This document shows, in pieces, positions 1 through 11,778 of a stretch of DNA of 64,000 nucleotides (the first letter of the stretch is position 1; every line of letters starts with the position of its first letter). Location: positions 10,438,703 through 10,502,702 of the forward strand of contig CM119263.1 of the NCBI GenBank assembly GCA_051294375.1, written 5' to 3'. The DNA is from Paraspadella gotoi. Taxonomy: Eukaryota > Animalia > Chaetognatha. The notes beneath the pieces were generated by a model. That model saw nothing but the letters and a program-made list of their open reading frames with translations, was not told the DNA's origin and did not search any database. A program made the position numbers and the translations under genes.

Positions 1-2
1 AT

Positions 3-37
<35 letters not shown>
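1..37. repeat. (ATTT)n microsatellite
   Basis: About 9 perfect ATTT units at the window start. Confidence 0.95.
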
Positions 38-38
<1 letters not shown>

Positions 39-1311
39 ATGTATAATGTATCCAGTAAACAAGCTTCTCTTGAGCTCGGTGTTTAGACAGACTATATTTT
101 CTTACTTACTTTCTTTTTTTTAAAGTTTTTTGTTTGTTCATTCTTTACTACGTATGTATTTATTTTTACGATAATTTCCTTTTTTTTCCTTTTATGACTC
201 AAAATCTAAGGGACGGATTCTTCATATTCATCTACGTCGCTGTCATCGTTCATCTTCGTTCCGTCCTTCATCGTCGTCGTTTGACTTTTGTTTGTTTTGA
301 TTCTTTGTGTTGTTTTCCAACGAGAGGCCGCCACCCGCTATTTCCGAAACTCAGACCAAGAATCGAATCGAGAACTCGCCATCTTTTGTTTGTTTTCGTC
401 GCTTCTTTTGTTTAGTTTTTTTTTTTCAGAATTTTTAAGATTATTTTCTCGCTCTTCTTTATTTCTAATTCTAGGATTGTCGAAAGTTTTCCGAGACGGT
501 CTCGTTGGTCCCATTTTTATTTCTTCCGTTCGTATTAATGTCTCTCTAATAATTTCTAACTAATGTCTAACTAACTCTAACTAATGTCTCTATCCAATCC
601 TCTTTAATAATAACTAAGTAACTTAATTAAAAAAAAAAACCATGAAGCTAAAACTCTTTCGGTTATTTTCTTAGAGAAAAATAAATTCTCATGATACCTG
701 ACAAAACGGCGAAATTAAATCAAACCAAAAAAAAGAACAAAAAAAAAAAAAAACAAAAAAAGCCGCAGTATCTTTTTTTTCCAACGCGTAAGCAGACGAC
801 TTTCCCCAGGTGACGCGGGAATTGGATCTCGAGTTTGTTTGAACAAGAGAAGACACTCGAGACAAATCCGTCGGGACTCAATGGAATCAATGGAATCAAC
901 GGGAACGGGTCCTTGACGCCGGATGAAGAGGCCACGGTTGCCCGGGAGACCAAATCCGGGGGATGACGCGGCTGGGGATTAAAAGAAAAAATTTTTTTCG
1001 AGATTAGAAATATCGGGATTAGGAAAGTCGATAGGTCTTACGAAGGGTGAACGAATATTATTAGTGGGACGTTGAAAACAATTTTAACTTACTGTTGGTC
1101 TGTGGAGAATCTTTTTTCTATATTCTTATTTCTGTAATTTAATCCACGAATTCGTATTACATATTTTCACTTTATATTCGATAAATCTAAAGATTCTTTT
1201 TCAAAAAATCAAAATTATTTATTGTATGTACCTTTTAAAATTATATATTGTCTTTTGTAATTTTTATTGGAATAACCAATTTAAGGGATTACCAAGTTTG
1301 AGATTACGAAC

Positions 1312-2251
1312 NNNNNNNNNNNNNNNNNNNNNNNNNNNNNNNNNNNNNNNNNNNNNNNNNNNNNNNNNNNNNNNNNNNNNNNNNNNNNNNNNNNNNNNNN
1401 NNNNNNNNNNNNNNNNNNNNNNNNNNNNNNNNNNNNNNNNNNNNNNNNNNNNNNNNNNNNNNNNNNNNNNNNNNNNNNNNNNNNNNNNNNNNNNNNNNNN
1501 NNNNNNNNNNNNNNNNNNNNNNNNNNNNNNNNNNNNNNNNNNNNNNNNNNNNNNNNNNNNNNNNNNNNNNNNNNNNNNNNNNNNNNNNNNNNNNNNNNNN
1601 NNNNNNNNNNNNNNNNNNNNNNNNNNNNNNNNNNNNNNNNNNNNNNNNNNNNNNNNNNNNNNNNNNNNNNNNNNNNNNNNNNNNNNNNNNNNNNNNNNNN
1701 NNNNNNNNNNNNNNNNNNNNNNNNNNNNNNNNNNNNNNNNNNNNNNNNNNNNNNNNNNNNNNNNNNNNNNNNNNNNNNNNNNNNNNNNNNNNNNNNNNNN
1801 NNNNNNNNNNNNNNNNNNNNNNNNNNNNNNNNNNNNNNNNNNNNNNNNNNNNNNNNNNNNNNNNNNNNNNNNNNNNNNNNNNNNNNNNNNNNNNNNNNNN
1901 NNNNNNNNNNNNNNNNNNNNNNNNNNNNNNNNNNNNNNNNNNNNNNNNNNNNNNNNNNNNNNNNNNNNNNNNNNNNNNNNNNNNNNNNNNNNNNNNNNNN
2001 NNNNNNNNNNNNNNNNNNNNNNNNNNNNNNNNNNNNNNNNNNNNNNNNNNNNNNNNNNNNNNNNNNNNNNNNNNNNNNNNNNNNNNNNNNNNNNNNNNNN
2101 NNNNNNNNNNNNNNNNNNNNNNNNNNNNNNNNNNNNNNNNNNNNNNNNNNNNNNNNNNNNNNNNNNNNNNNNNNNNNNNNNNNNNNNNNNNNNNNNNNNN
2201 NNNNNNNNNNNNNNNNNNNNNNNNNNNNNNNNNNNNNNNNNNNNNNNNNNN
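1312..2251. other. Assembly gap (largest of ~18 N-runs)
   Basis: 940 N. Other gaps include 2596-2745, 4123-4279, 4578-4789, 5032-5238, 5362-5646, 7356-7429, 26871-26998, 27380-27551, 29645-29754, 30115-30446 and 30539-31082; many abut microsatellites. Confidence 0.99.
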
Positions 2252-2806
2252 TATATAATTAAATTTCAATGGCGAAAAATTTTATGATATTTCAAAATAA
2301 TCACCGATATTTTTTCTTTCTAAGTTAAATATTGTTTTTTTTAATGCATATTTTTAATGTATATAATGCTGTGCATATGACGACACCGTAGGAGGATTTA
2401 TAAGATTTATAAGATTTATACTTGGCAAGTTAACTTTGTACTTTAGGGAAAATCAGGACAAAAAAATAACAATAGAACATCACCAGAAAACAAAATTAAT
2501 CCAAAAATGATCAAGGAATCAATAAACTTGAGGAGAAATATAAACGATTGAGGAAATTCTCTCTTCTCTACCGGGGTCGATCGTGTACGCCTCATNNNNN
2601 NNNNNNNNNNNNNNNNNNNNNNNNNNNNNNNNNNNNNNNNNNNNNNNNNNNNNNNNNNNNNNNNNNNNNNNNNNNNNNNNNNNNNNNNNNNNNNNNNNNN
2701 NNNNNNNNNNNNNNNNNNNNNNNNNNNNNNNNNNNNNNNNNNNNNGTGACGGGTTAACGTCGGCGGAAAGGCGAAGAATGTAAAGTAGTGGGCGACTTAG
2801 AACGTG

Positions 2807-3059
2807 AGATCGACTGGGGCGGAGAATGTGAGAAGGTGAATAATATTCTATGTTTATTACTTACTGAGTTATTACTGACCAATTAGAATATAAGATCGAC
2901 TGGGGCGGAGAATGTGAGAAGGTGAATAATATTCTATGTTTATTACTTACTGAGTTATTACTGATCAATTAGAATATAAGATGGACTGGGGCGGAGAATG
3001 TGAGAAGGTGAATAATATTTTATTTTTATTACTTACTGAGTTATTACTGACCAATTAGA
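2807..3059. repeat. 86-bp tandem repeat, ~3 copies
   Basis: Unit GATCGACTGGGGCGGAGAATGTGAGAAGGTGAATAATATT...AATTAGAATATAA starts at 2808, 2894 and 2980 with few substitutions. Confidence 0.95.
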
Positions 3060-4084
3060 CAGCGTTTTTCGATTTTTCTGTTATGATCTTACGAATCGTC
3101 GTCGTTCCTTCCTCCTTATTGATAAATTAACGTCGTCGTCGTCGTTGTTGTCTTTACAAAAAGCTGGCGAAAAAAAAACTTGGCGTTGTGTTTCGACTTT
3201 CCAATCGCACGCTCCTTTCGCGTGCGCGCTTTCCTCGTTCGTGTGCGCGTCTCTACGCCGAGGGCGTGACCGCGCTTACCTCCATCTTTTATTTACCGGA
3301 AAATACTCTCACCAATTTTTTTTTTGTCGCCGAATATTTTTTTGTCGGTCGGAAAAAGGGATGAGGTAGAAGAGAAGAGGGTGGCGAGTTGGTAGTGCGG
3401 TGGGGAGAGGGACGAGGGAAAACTGAGTCACGTGACTTTTATCAACTTTTAACGAAAAATTTAAATCTGTTATCAAAAATATGAAGAGTTACTTTAAAAT
3501 TTTGACTTTTTATTTTGACATTTTATATATATTTATTCAAGCATAGAGCCCAATGGGAAAATTTCAAAACCAAAAATAGAGTAATTGAATCATAAAGGGA
3601 GGTAATAATTGTGAGAAAATCATTAAAAGGGAAAAAATGAATTAAAAAAAAAGAAAAAAGAAGGAAGAACGAAAGAAAAAGAAAGAATGAAGTTGACGAA
3701 AAAGAAAAGAAAATGTGGTGAGACATCTGGAAAGTTGGTGGAACTGGATTCAAGTATCAGAAAGCGACATTGTGATCCTCGCCTTGGCTTTGTCTCCCGA
3801 CGACATTCATCGCAGTTGCTCGTCTCAATCAATCAGAACTCACATTGCTATGGCCTTCCCACGGATCTCTCGTTTCTGTCCTCGCTCATTTCTTTCCACT
3901 CAAATTAGCACAATAGATTTGAGGCGCCACTTAGCGCCTGATTCATCCTCTGTCGATAATGGAATCGCAGCAGAACCCGACGCCGACGCCGCGGCTGTGC
4001 CGCAGCCTCTGCTGTCACAATCGCCGCAGTTTTTTTTTTACTCGTATGTTTAAAGGATAGGGTGCTAGTGCGTGCGTGCGTGTG

Positions 4085-4315
4085 TTCGTTCGTTCGTTCG
4101 TTCGTTCGTTCGTTCGTTCGTTNNNNNNNNNNNNNNNNNNNNNNNNNNNNNNNNNNNNNNNNNNNNNNNNNNNNNNNNNNNNNNNNNNNNNNNNNNNNNN
4201 NNNNNNNNNNNNNNNNNNNNNNNNNNNNNNNNNNNNNNNNNNNNNNNNNNNNNNNNNNNNNNNNNNNNNNNNNNNNNNNGTTCGTTCGTTCGTTCGTTCG
4301 TTCGTTCGTTCGTTC
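4085..4315. repeat. (TTCG)n microsatellite spanning a gap
   Basis: Perfect TTCG units on both sides of the N-run 4123-4279. Confidence 0.95.
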
Positions 4316-6135
4316 TTTCCTTGGTTCCCTCGTTCTCTTTAATGATTTTTCTTCGTTATATTGTTCATTTGATTTGAATTTTTACGCTACGTCGACATCT
4401 TTGACGAGACAAATCTGGAGTAAAATATTCGTCGTCGTCGTCGTCGTCGTCGTAATAGTTGTCGTCTTCGCCAGGCTGTTGTCAGAACAACTCGACAGAT
4501 TTCTGGATGACATGAAGTTGTGAAGGGAAAACTTTGATTTTTAAAGATTTTCAGAGAGAGAGAGAGAGAGAGAGAGANNNNNNNNNNNNNNNNNNNNNNN
4601 NNNNNNNNNNNNNNNNNNNNNNNNNNNNNNNNNNNNNNNNNNNNNNNNNNNNNNNNNNNNNNNNNNNNNNNNNNNNNNNNNNNNNNNNNNNNNNNNNNNN
4701 NNNNNNNNNNNNNNNNNNNNNNNNNNNNNNNNNNNNNNNNNNNNNNNNNNNNNNNNNNNNNNNNNNNNNNNNNNNNNNNNNNNNNNNNNCAATTTATAAC
4801 AAATTACGGTTTTTTTAAACAAAAAAAATTCTAAAATTTATAAATCGCCAAATAATACTTTAACTGCATAAGTATAAATACATTCTTTTTAATGAAACTT
4901 ACTCTTTTGTGCGTTTTTTTTTCTCTGTCTCTCTCCCTTTCTCTTTTTCTCTCCGCTCTCTCTCGCCAAATTAATTTTTTTGCTCGAGTTAACTACTTTC
5001 TCCGAAGTCGTCAAAATTAGGACACCCTCTCNNNNNNNNNNNNNNNNNNNNNNNNNNNNNNNNNNNNNNNNNNNNNNNNNNNNNNNNNNNNNNNNNNNNN
5101 NNNNNNNNNNNNNNNNNNNNNNNNNNNNNNNNNNNNNNNNNNNNNNNNNNNNNNNNNNNNNNNNNNNNNNNNNNNNNNNNNNNNNNNNNNNNNNNNNNNN
5201 NNNNNNNNNNNNNNNNNNNNNNNNNNNNNNNNNNNNNNCTTTATTCAACAACAAATTTCTCCGTTTATTCGCCAGATTTCAGTCGACGAATTAGCTGCTC
5301 CCTTTGGAGTCGTAAAAGCCGGCGACTACTGTATTCGCTCTTAACTAAAACTCCCCCCCCCNNNNNNNNNNNNNNNNNNNNNNNNNNNNNNNNNNNNNNN
5401 NNNNNNNNNNNNNNNNNNNNNNNNNNNNNNNNNNNNNNNNNNNNNNNNNNNNNNNNNNNNNNNNNNNNNNNNNNNNNNNNNNNNNNNNNNNNNNNNNNNN
5501 NNNNNNNNNNNNNNNNNNNNNNNNNNNNNNNNNNNNNNNNNNNNNNNNNNNNNNNNNNNNNNNNNNNNNNNNNNNNNNNNNNNNNNNNNNNNNNNNNNNN
5601 NNNNNNNNNNNNNNNNNNNNNNNNNNNNNNNNNNNNNNNNNNNNNNAGAGAGAGAGAGTGTCTCCTTTTCATATGCTAATTCTCGCGCAACCGAAAAGCT
5701 CCGTCTTCTTTTTCAGTCGTCAAAACTGTAAAATTGGATTTTGAGTTGGAACCTCGACGCTTTTGGTTTTTTTTGGAAGGGAATCGATGGTCGGTCGAAT
5801 GAGATTGAGATTTAGTCGACGGAGAGATTGGGATGCGTTTGGGCACGAATCGTTTGATATGAAGAGAGAGAGTTGATTGACTAAATATTTTAAAGAAGGG
5901 TCGCTATGTACTGATTCTACTCGATTCGGGGTTTCCATCACCTTCTTTGATTCTTTGGGAGATCGAGCAACGGACATCTCACATCCCTCGGTTTTTTTTC
6001 GATTAATTTCATTTTCTCATTCTTGCCCAAACGGCAGTCATGACGCGACAGGAAATTTCTGAGGCCAAGTGGCCGAAGAAAAAGACAAAGTAAAGTCATG
6101 CGTGAAAGTTGGTATATAAATTGGTATAAAATTCA

Positions 6136-6258
6136 TGATGCAGTCTTACAAGCCTTTTTTTATAGATAAATTAAAAAAGGAAAAGTCTTTTATTATTTTA
6201 AAGACTTTTCCTTTTTTTAATTTATCTAAAAAAAAAACTGGCTTATAAGACTGCATCA
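6136..6258. repeat. 123-bp near-perfect inverted repeat (MITE/foldback-like hairpin)
   Basis: TGATGCAGTCTTACAAGCC...TAGATAAATTAAAAAAGGAAAAGTCTTT, a short AT loop, then AAAGACTTTTCCTTTTTTTAATTTATCTA...GGCTTATAAGACTGCATCA; arms of ~55-60 bp pair with few mismatches. Confidence 0.85.
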
Positions 6259-6613
6259 AGAACTTCTCAGACAGAATAATGCCTCTTAAACAAACAATTA
6301 GAGAATAAATATTTTAATAACTAAAATACTTCGTCAATAAGTAAATAATGAAGCTGGTAAAAAGATTAGTATAAATTGAAAAAAGATAGTAAAATTTAAA
6401 AAAAGCATAACGATTGTAAAAAAGTAAAAAGTAAAAAAAAGTAAAAAATAAAAAAGNNNNNNNNNNACGATTGTAAAAAAGTTAAAAGTAAAAAAGTAAA
6501 AAGTAAAAAAGTAAAAAGTTTGTAAAAATTTTTTTAAATAATGTTTGAATAAGTTGGTATGTGTTGGAATTTTCTGTCCTTTCTTTCCCTTTCTCTTCTT
6601 TATCCAAGACCAT

Positions 6614-6648
6614 TTCCCACTTCCCACTTCCCACTTCCCACTTCCCAC
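6614..6648. repeat. (TTCCCAC)5 heptamer repeat
   Basis: Five exact copies. Confidence 0.95.
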
Positions 6649-7947
6649 TTTTCGGTTTTCAACTTCCCAGTCTCTAACCCTGGAAGATCTCTCTCAAAAC
6701 TTATCACGCACTCCCCTCTCCCCCCCCCACTTGCAGCGTGGCCCAAATGTAAGAGCGTCACTCTGTTGAGAGAAGTCGCGACTTAATGATGCGACTTGGC
6801 AAAGGAAGTGAATGGAAAAAGTCAGGGATTGAGCGAAGGAGTGAGCGGTGAATGGGATGGGTGAGCTATCTAGGGTGGCCGAGGAAGAGGGTTGTGATAG
6901 CTACTATTTGTGGTTGACAACTTAGTACGTGTGAGAAAATGGAAGAAATTAGCTAAAATACGTAGATGTATGAACTTTAACCAAAGACCTCAATCATCGT
7001 TTTGTTCTACTTTTTTTCAATTTTCGACATTTTTAGAAATAAATAACGAATGATCTGTGTTCCACTGTTCGTTGGAAACTTTCTTTAAATTTAATTCGTA
7101 CTTTATGTTTCTTTCATCACAAACGAATTCACGGCGAAGAGCTTTTTATCTGCAGGGAACGTTTTATCAAAACGTTTTATCAAAACGACAAGCTATTCCC
7201 CTGAGACCTTGGACGTGACCTGAGAAAGGGAGAGAGAGAGAGATCTCTCTCTCTCTCGTCTCTCTCTCTTCTCCCCTCTCTTCTTCTCTCCTCTCTTCTC
7301 TCTCTCTCTTCATTCTCTTCTTACCCCTTTTCTCTCTGTTATATCTCCTCTCCTTNNNNNNNNNNNNNNNNNNNNNNNNNNNNNNNNNNNNNNNNNNNNN
7401 NNNNNNNNNNNNNNNNNNNNNNNNNNNNNGAGAGAGAGATAAAGAGAGTCATTTACAAATTTCAAAACAATCCATTTTCGTTGAAACCAGTTTACATTCG
7501 TCAAAAATTCTTTGCAGTGAGAATTCTCTCGTGAACCATTTTAAACCAAATTCTTGGGCGTCCTTAATTCTCATGATCAATCGATCATGCATTGAGTTTT
7601 GATCAGCGAATTCTCACATCTCTGTTCAATTGGGTTCAAATACACAACCCAAAAGCCTCGTCCTTTCTCCTTTTCTCGCATTAATTAGAATGAAAGGTTC
7701 CTTCCCCTCCTTCCCCCGTTCCCGAAGGCGGCCCCGACCGCGCATAGAAGACTCGAACCGCGGGGCCAGCCGGGTCAACACCTGCGGCGCCGCGTCTCAG
7801 CTGCGGCGCCGAGAGAATTCATTTCCGGTTTCTCGCGGCGCCTTTTTCCAGGTGGCGCTCGCTCTCGCGTCGCACTCCAATTTCTCCAAGTCAATGAATT
7901 TGGCTTCGTTTGAATGTGAATTTGATTCACGGTTTTTAAAAAAAATA

Positions 7948-7965
7948 TTCTCTCTATCTCTCACT

Positions 7966-7999
<34 letters not shown>

Positions 8000-8120
8000 T
8001 TATCTGTCTCTCTCTCTCTCTCACTTTATCTCTCTCTCTCTCTCTTTCTCTCTCGTTCGTTCGTTCGTTCGTTCTTTCTTCTTCTCTTTCCTTATCTTTC
8101 TTTCTTTCTGTTCTTTCTTT

Positions 8121-8151
<31 letters not shown>

Positions 8152-8325
8152 CTCTTTCTTTCCTTTCTTTTCTTTCTTTCTTTCTTTCTGTTCTTTCCTC
8201 TCTTTCTTTTTTTCTTCTTTCTGTCTTTCTGTTTCTTTCTTTCTTTTCTTTCTGCTTTTCTTTCTTTCTTGTCTTTTCTTTCTTTCTTTCTCTTTCTTTC
8301 TTTGCTTTCCCTTTTCTTTCCCTTT
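7948..8325. repeat. Compound (CT)n/(TTCG)n/(TTTC)n low-complexity tract
   Basis: Near pyrimidine-only run; source of the spurious F/L/S and K/E/R ORFs. Confidence 0.9.
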
Positions 8326-9657
8326 CCACTGAAAAGTGATAGATGGTCGATAACAGAATATAAGCCGGCCTCTTTTTAATTCCTCTAGAACTTTCGACCC
8401 ACCGTTCCTTTCCTTCCTTCACCCTCACTCCCCTCTGCCTACTTTTCCCCTTGCCCTTTTTTTTTCGCTCTTCCGCCCCTTCGTCTCCTCTCCAATTTCC
8501 TCTTCTTTTCGCTATTCATAACATTTGTCCTTCTTTCCCCTCAAGAGGTCATCGAGACTCGACGAGGGTCAGGGATTCCGTCACGTGATCGCCATGGCAG
8601 CCAGCCAGTCGCTGAAGGGTCATTGCAGTCTATCAATAAATCGGAGCCATCGCAGTTTACCATATAGAGCAATCTCTTTGTTTTTTTTTCTTGCATTTTG
8701 TTGTCACGTGATCGAGTCACGTGCTACGTCGGACTTAGAGACTCCTTTGTTTGATGTCCCCTCGGCGGGGAGAAAGAGAGCTGTTGAAAGCGAATGCCTT
8801 CAAACGAGAATGTTCTTAAAAGAAAATTAAAAAAAAAAGGAAAAAAATAGCTTCGAGCGTGAGTCGTTAAAAGAGGAATACGATGAAAAAAATTAATTAG
8901 ATGTAATAAGAAGTCACTTTCATATATTTTAAAAACAATTAGAAGTGCCATTATTTAAGCGTAGTTTCTTGAAGTTAAATTTATTATGATATGATATTGT
9001 TGTTCACAATTTTATATATACTTATTTGGATTAGTTTTAAATTGGACAATTTAGTTTTTAGAAAAAATAGCGAATACGTTGGCAAACAAAAAGCACGAAA
9101 AAGATTAAAAATGTTAAATAGAAAGAGAGAGACTTCAAGTTGACGAGATGGCGCAACTTATGGGGAAGGGGAGAAAAGACCTTGGGAAACGAAATCAATT
9201 TCGCTTTTTATGCTTGTTATAATTTTCAGACCCGAACTCAGACCTGAGCTTGAGACCTGAACTCATAATCTCGAACCCGTACGCGAATCGAATTCGTTAT
9301 ACTAAGGTGAACCTTATTACTAAAAAAATTTATGGAGAGGAAAATGAGAAAATAAAAAAAGGTACAGGAAGAAGAGAAAAATAGTTAAGATTTGTAACCA
9401 AAAAAAATATTTGAACGAATTTATAATTGACAGAATCCATAGACTTTGCAATAACGTTTTTCCCCTTTTTCTTATAAATCAGTGGATAGTTTTTCAATAC
9501 TTTCTTTAATACTCCGTTGATTTCTTGATACAAACATATTCATAACACCCAACCTATTGTGTATCAATCCGCCTCCCTTCTTATCCTTCCGACGCAGACA
9601 GCCTCTCAGACTCGAGAGATGCATCCCTAAAANNNNNNNNNNNNNNNNNNNNNNNNN

Positions 9658-10154
9658 TTTCTCGCCATTATTTATTAGAATGAAAGGGTTCCTTCCCCTC
9701 GCTTCCCCCGTTCCCCGAAGGCGGCCCCGACCGCCTGCATAGACAGTCTCGAACCGCCACGGGGCCCAGCCTGCCGGTCAACAACCTGCGGCGCCCGTCG
9801 TCTCAGCTCGCGGCGCCGAAAGACATCATGTTTCCGGTTTCTCTGCGGCGCCTTTTTCCATGGGCGCGCTCGCTCTCGCGTCGCACTTCTCCCCAAAAAA
9901 AATTTTCTCCAAGTCATATGAATTTGGCTTCGTTGTTGAATGTGAATTTGATCACGCGGATTTCTTAAAAAAAAATATTCTCTCTCATCTCTCGACTCTT
10001 ATCCCTCTCTCTCTCTCTCTCTCACTTTATCTGCTCTCTCTTCTCTCTCTCAACCTTTATCGTCTCTCTCTCTCTCTTCTCTCTCTGTTCGTTCCTGTTC
10101 GTTCGTTCTTTCTTCTTCTCTTTCCTTATCTTTCTTTCTTTCTGTTCTTTCTTT

Positions 10155-10185
<31 letters not shown>

Positions 10186-10275
10186 CTCTTTCTTTCCTTT
10201 CTTTTCTTTCTTTCTTTCTTTCTGTTCTTTCCTCTCTTTCTTCTTTCTTTTCTTTCTTTCTTTCTTTTCTTCGTT

Positions 10276-10321
<46 letters not shown>

Positions 10322-11778
10322 TTTCTTTCCCTTTCACTGAAAAATGAGTAGATGTCGTGATAAACAGAATTAAAAGCGCTGCCCTTTTTAATTCCTCTAG
10401 ACCTTTCGCCCACCTTCCTTTCCCCTTCACCCACTTCCCCTTTGCCTCTTTTCCGCCCCCCGCTCTTCCGCCCCTTCGTCTCCTCTCCAATTTCCTCTTC
10501 TTTTCGCTATTCATATAACCATTTTGTCCTTCTTTCCCGCTCAAGAGCGTCATCGCAGCACTCGACGCAGCGTGTCAGGGATCCGTCAACGTGATTCGCC
10601 CATGGCAGCCGAGCCAGTCGCTGAAGGTCATTGCCAGCTATGTCAATAAATCGGCAGCCATCGCAGTTTACCAGTATAGCAGCCCCATCTCTTTGTTTTT
10701 GTTTTGTGCATCTTTTGTTGTCACGTGACTTCCGGCAGTCACGTGCTACGTCGGACTTAGAGACTCCCTTTGGTTTGATGTCTCCCCTCGGCGGCTGGGA
10801 GGAAACGCAGAGCTGTTGACAGAGCGAATGCCTTCCCAAACGATGGAATGTTCTTAAAATGAATGAATTAAAAAGAAAAAAGGGAAAAAAAATCAGCTTC
10901 GCAGCGTGGAGTCGTTAAAAGAGGGAATACGATGCAAAAAACATTTAATTAGCAGTTGTAATAAGAAGTCACTTTCATATATTTTTTAAAAAAACACAAT
11001 TAGAAGATGCCCATTATTTAAGCGTAGTCTTCTTTGAAGTTGTTAAAAATTTATTATGATATCGATATTGTTGTTCACAAGTTTATTATACTATTGGATT
11101 ACGTTTTAAATTTGGACAATTTAGTTTTTGTAGAAAAATAGGCGATACTAGCCGGGTTGGCAAACCAAAAAGGCCAACCGGGAAAAAAGATTAAAAATGT
11201 GGCTTAATAGAACAGAGAGCGAGACTTCAAGTTGACGTAGATGCGCGCAACTTATGGGGAACAGGAGAAAAGACCTTGGGAAACGAAATCCAATTCTCGC
11301 TTTTGACTGCTTGTTATAATTTTCAGACACTGAACCTCAGACCTACATTGAGCTTTGAGGACCTGAACTCATAATCTCGACCCGTACTCCGGAATCGAAT
11401 TCGTTTATACTAAGGTGAACCTTATTACTTATAAAAATTTATTGAGAGGTGATAATGAGAGAGAAAATAAAAAAGGTTACTAGGCAAGAAGAGAAAAAAT
11501 AGTCCTAAGATTTTGTAACCAAAAAAATATTTGAACGAATTTATAATTGGCACAGGAATCCATTAGACTTTGCAATAACTTTTCTTTTCCCCTTTTCCTT
11601 ATAAATCTATGTGGATAGTTTTTCGACATACTTTCTTTAATACTCCCGTTCGCATCTTCTGCATTACAAACATATTCCATATACACCCAATCCTTATTGG
11701 GTGCTATCCAATGCGCCTCCCTTCTCTATCCTTCGACGCCAGACAGCCTTCTGCAACTCGAGAGATGCATCCCTAAAA
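9658..11778 (+). repeat. Noisy direct copy of 7672-9632 (probable false duplication from long-read gap fill)
   Basis: Colinear with 7672-9632 from TTTCTCGC to GCATCCCTAAAA but ~8% longer through scattered 1-2 nt insertions; separated from it by exactly 25 N (9633-9657). Confidence 0.9.

Noticed and set aside
810-966. Possible terminal exon after TTTCCCCAG
   Set aside because: All frames give short unrecognisable peptides; insufficient support.
1226-2287. Long ORFs composed of X residues (also 30005-31300 and others)
   Set aside because: They are open only because N-gaps contain no stop codons.
2807-3059. CRISPR-like array
   Set aside because: Head-to-tail repeats with no unique spacers, in a eukaryotic context with no cas genes; the same holds for 41476-41800.
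7231-7257. (GA)n-(TC)n perfect palindrome resembling a SMRTbell adapter stem
   Set aside because: No adapter loop sequence; inverted microsatellite junctions arise trivially or by misjoin.
7630-10553. F/L/S-rich and K/E/R-rich ORFs of 100-250 aa
   Set aside because: Translations of (CT)n/(TTTC)n microsatellites; the same applies to ORFs at 22054-22567, 44293-46199, 52804-53709 and 59746-60098.
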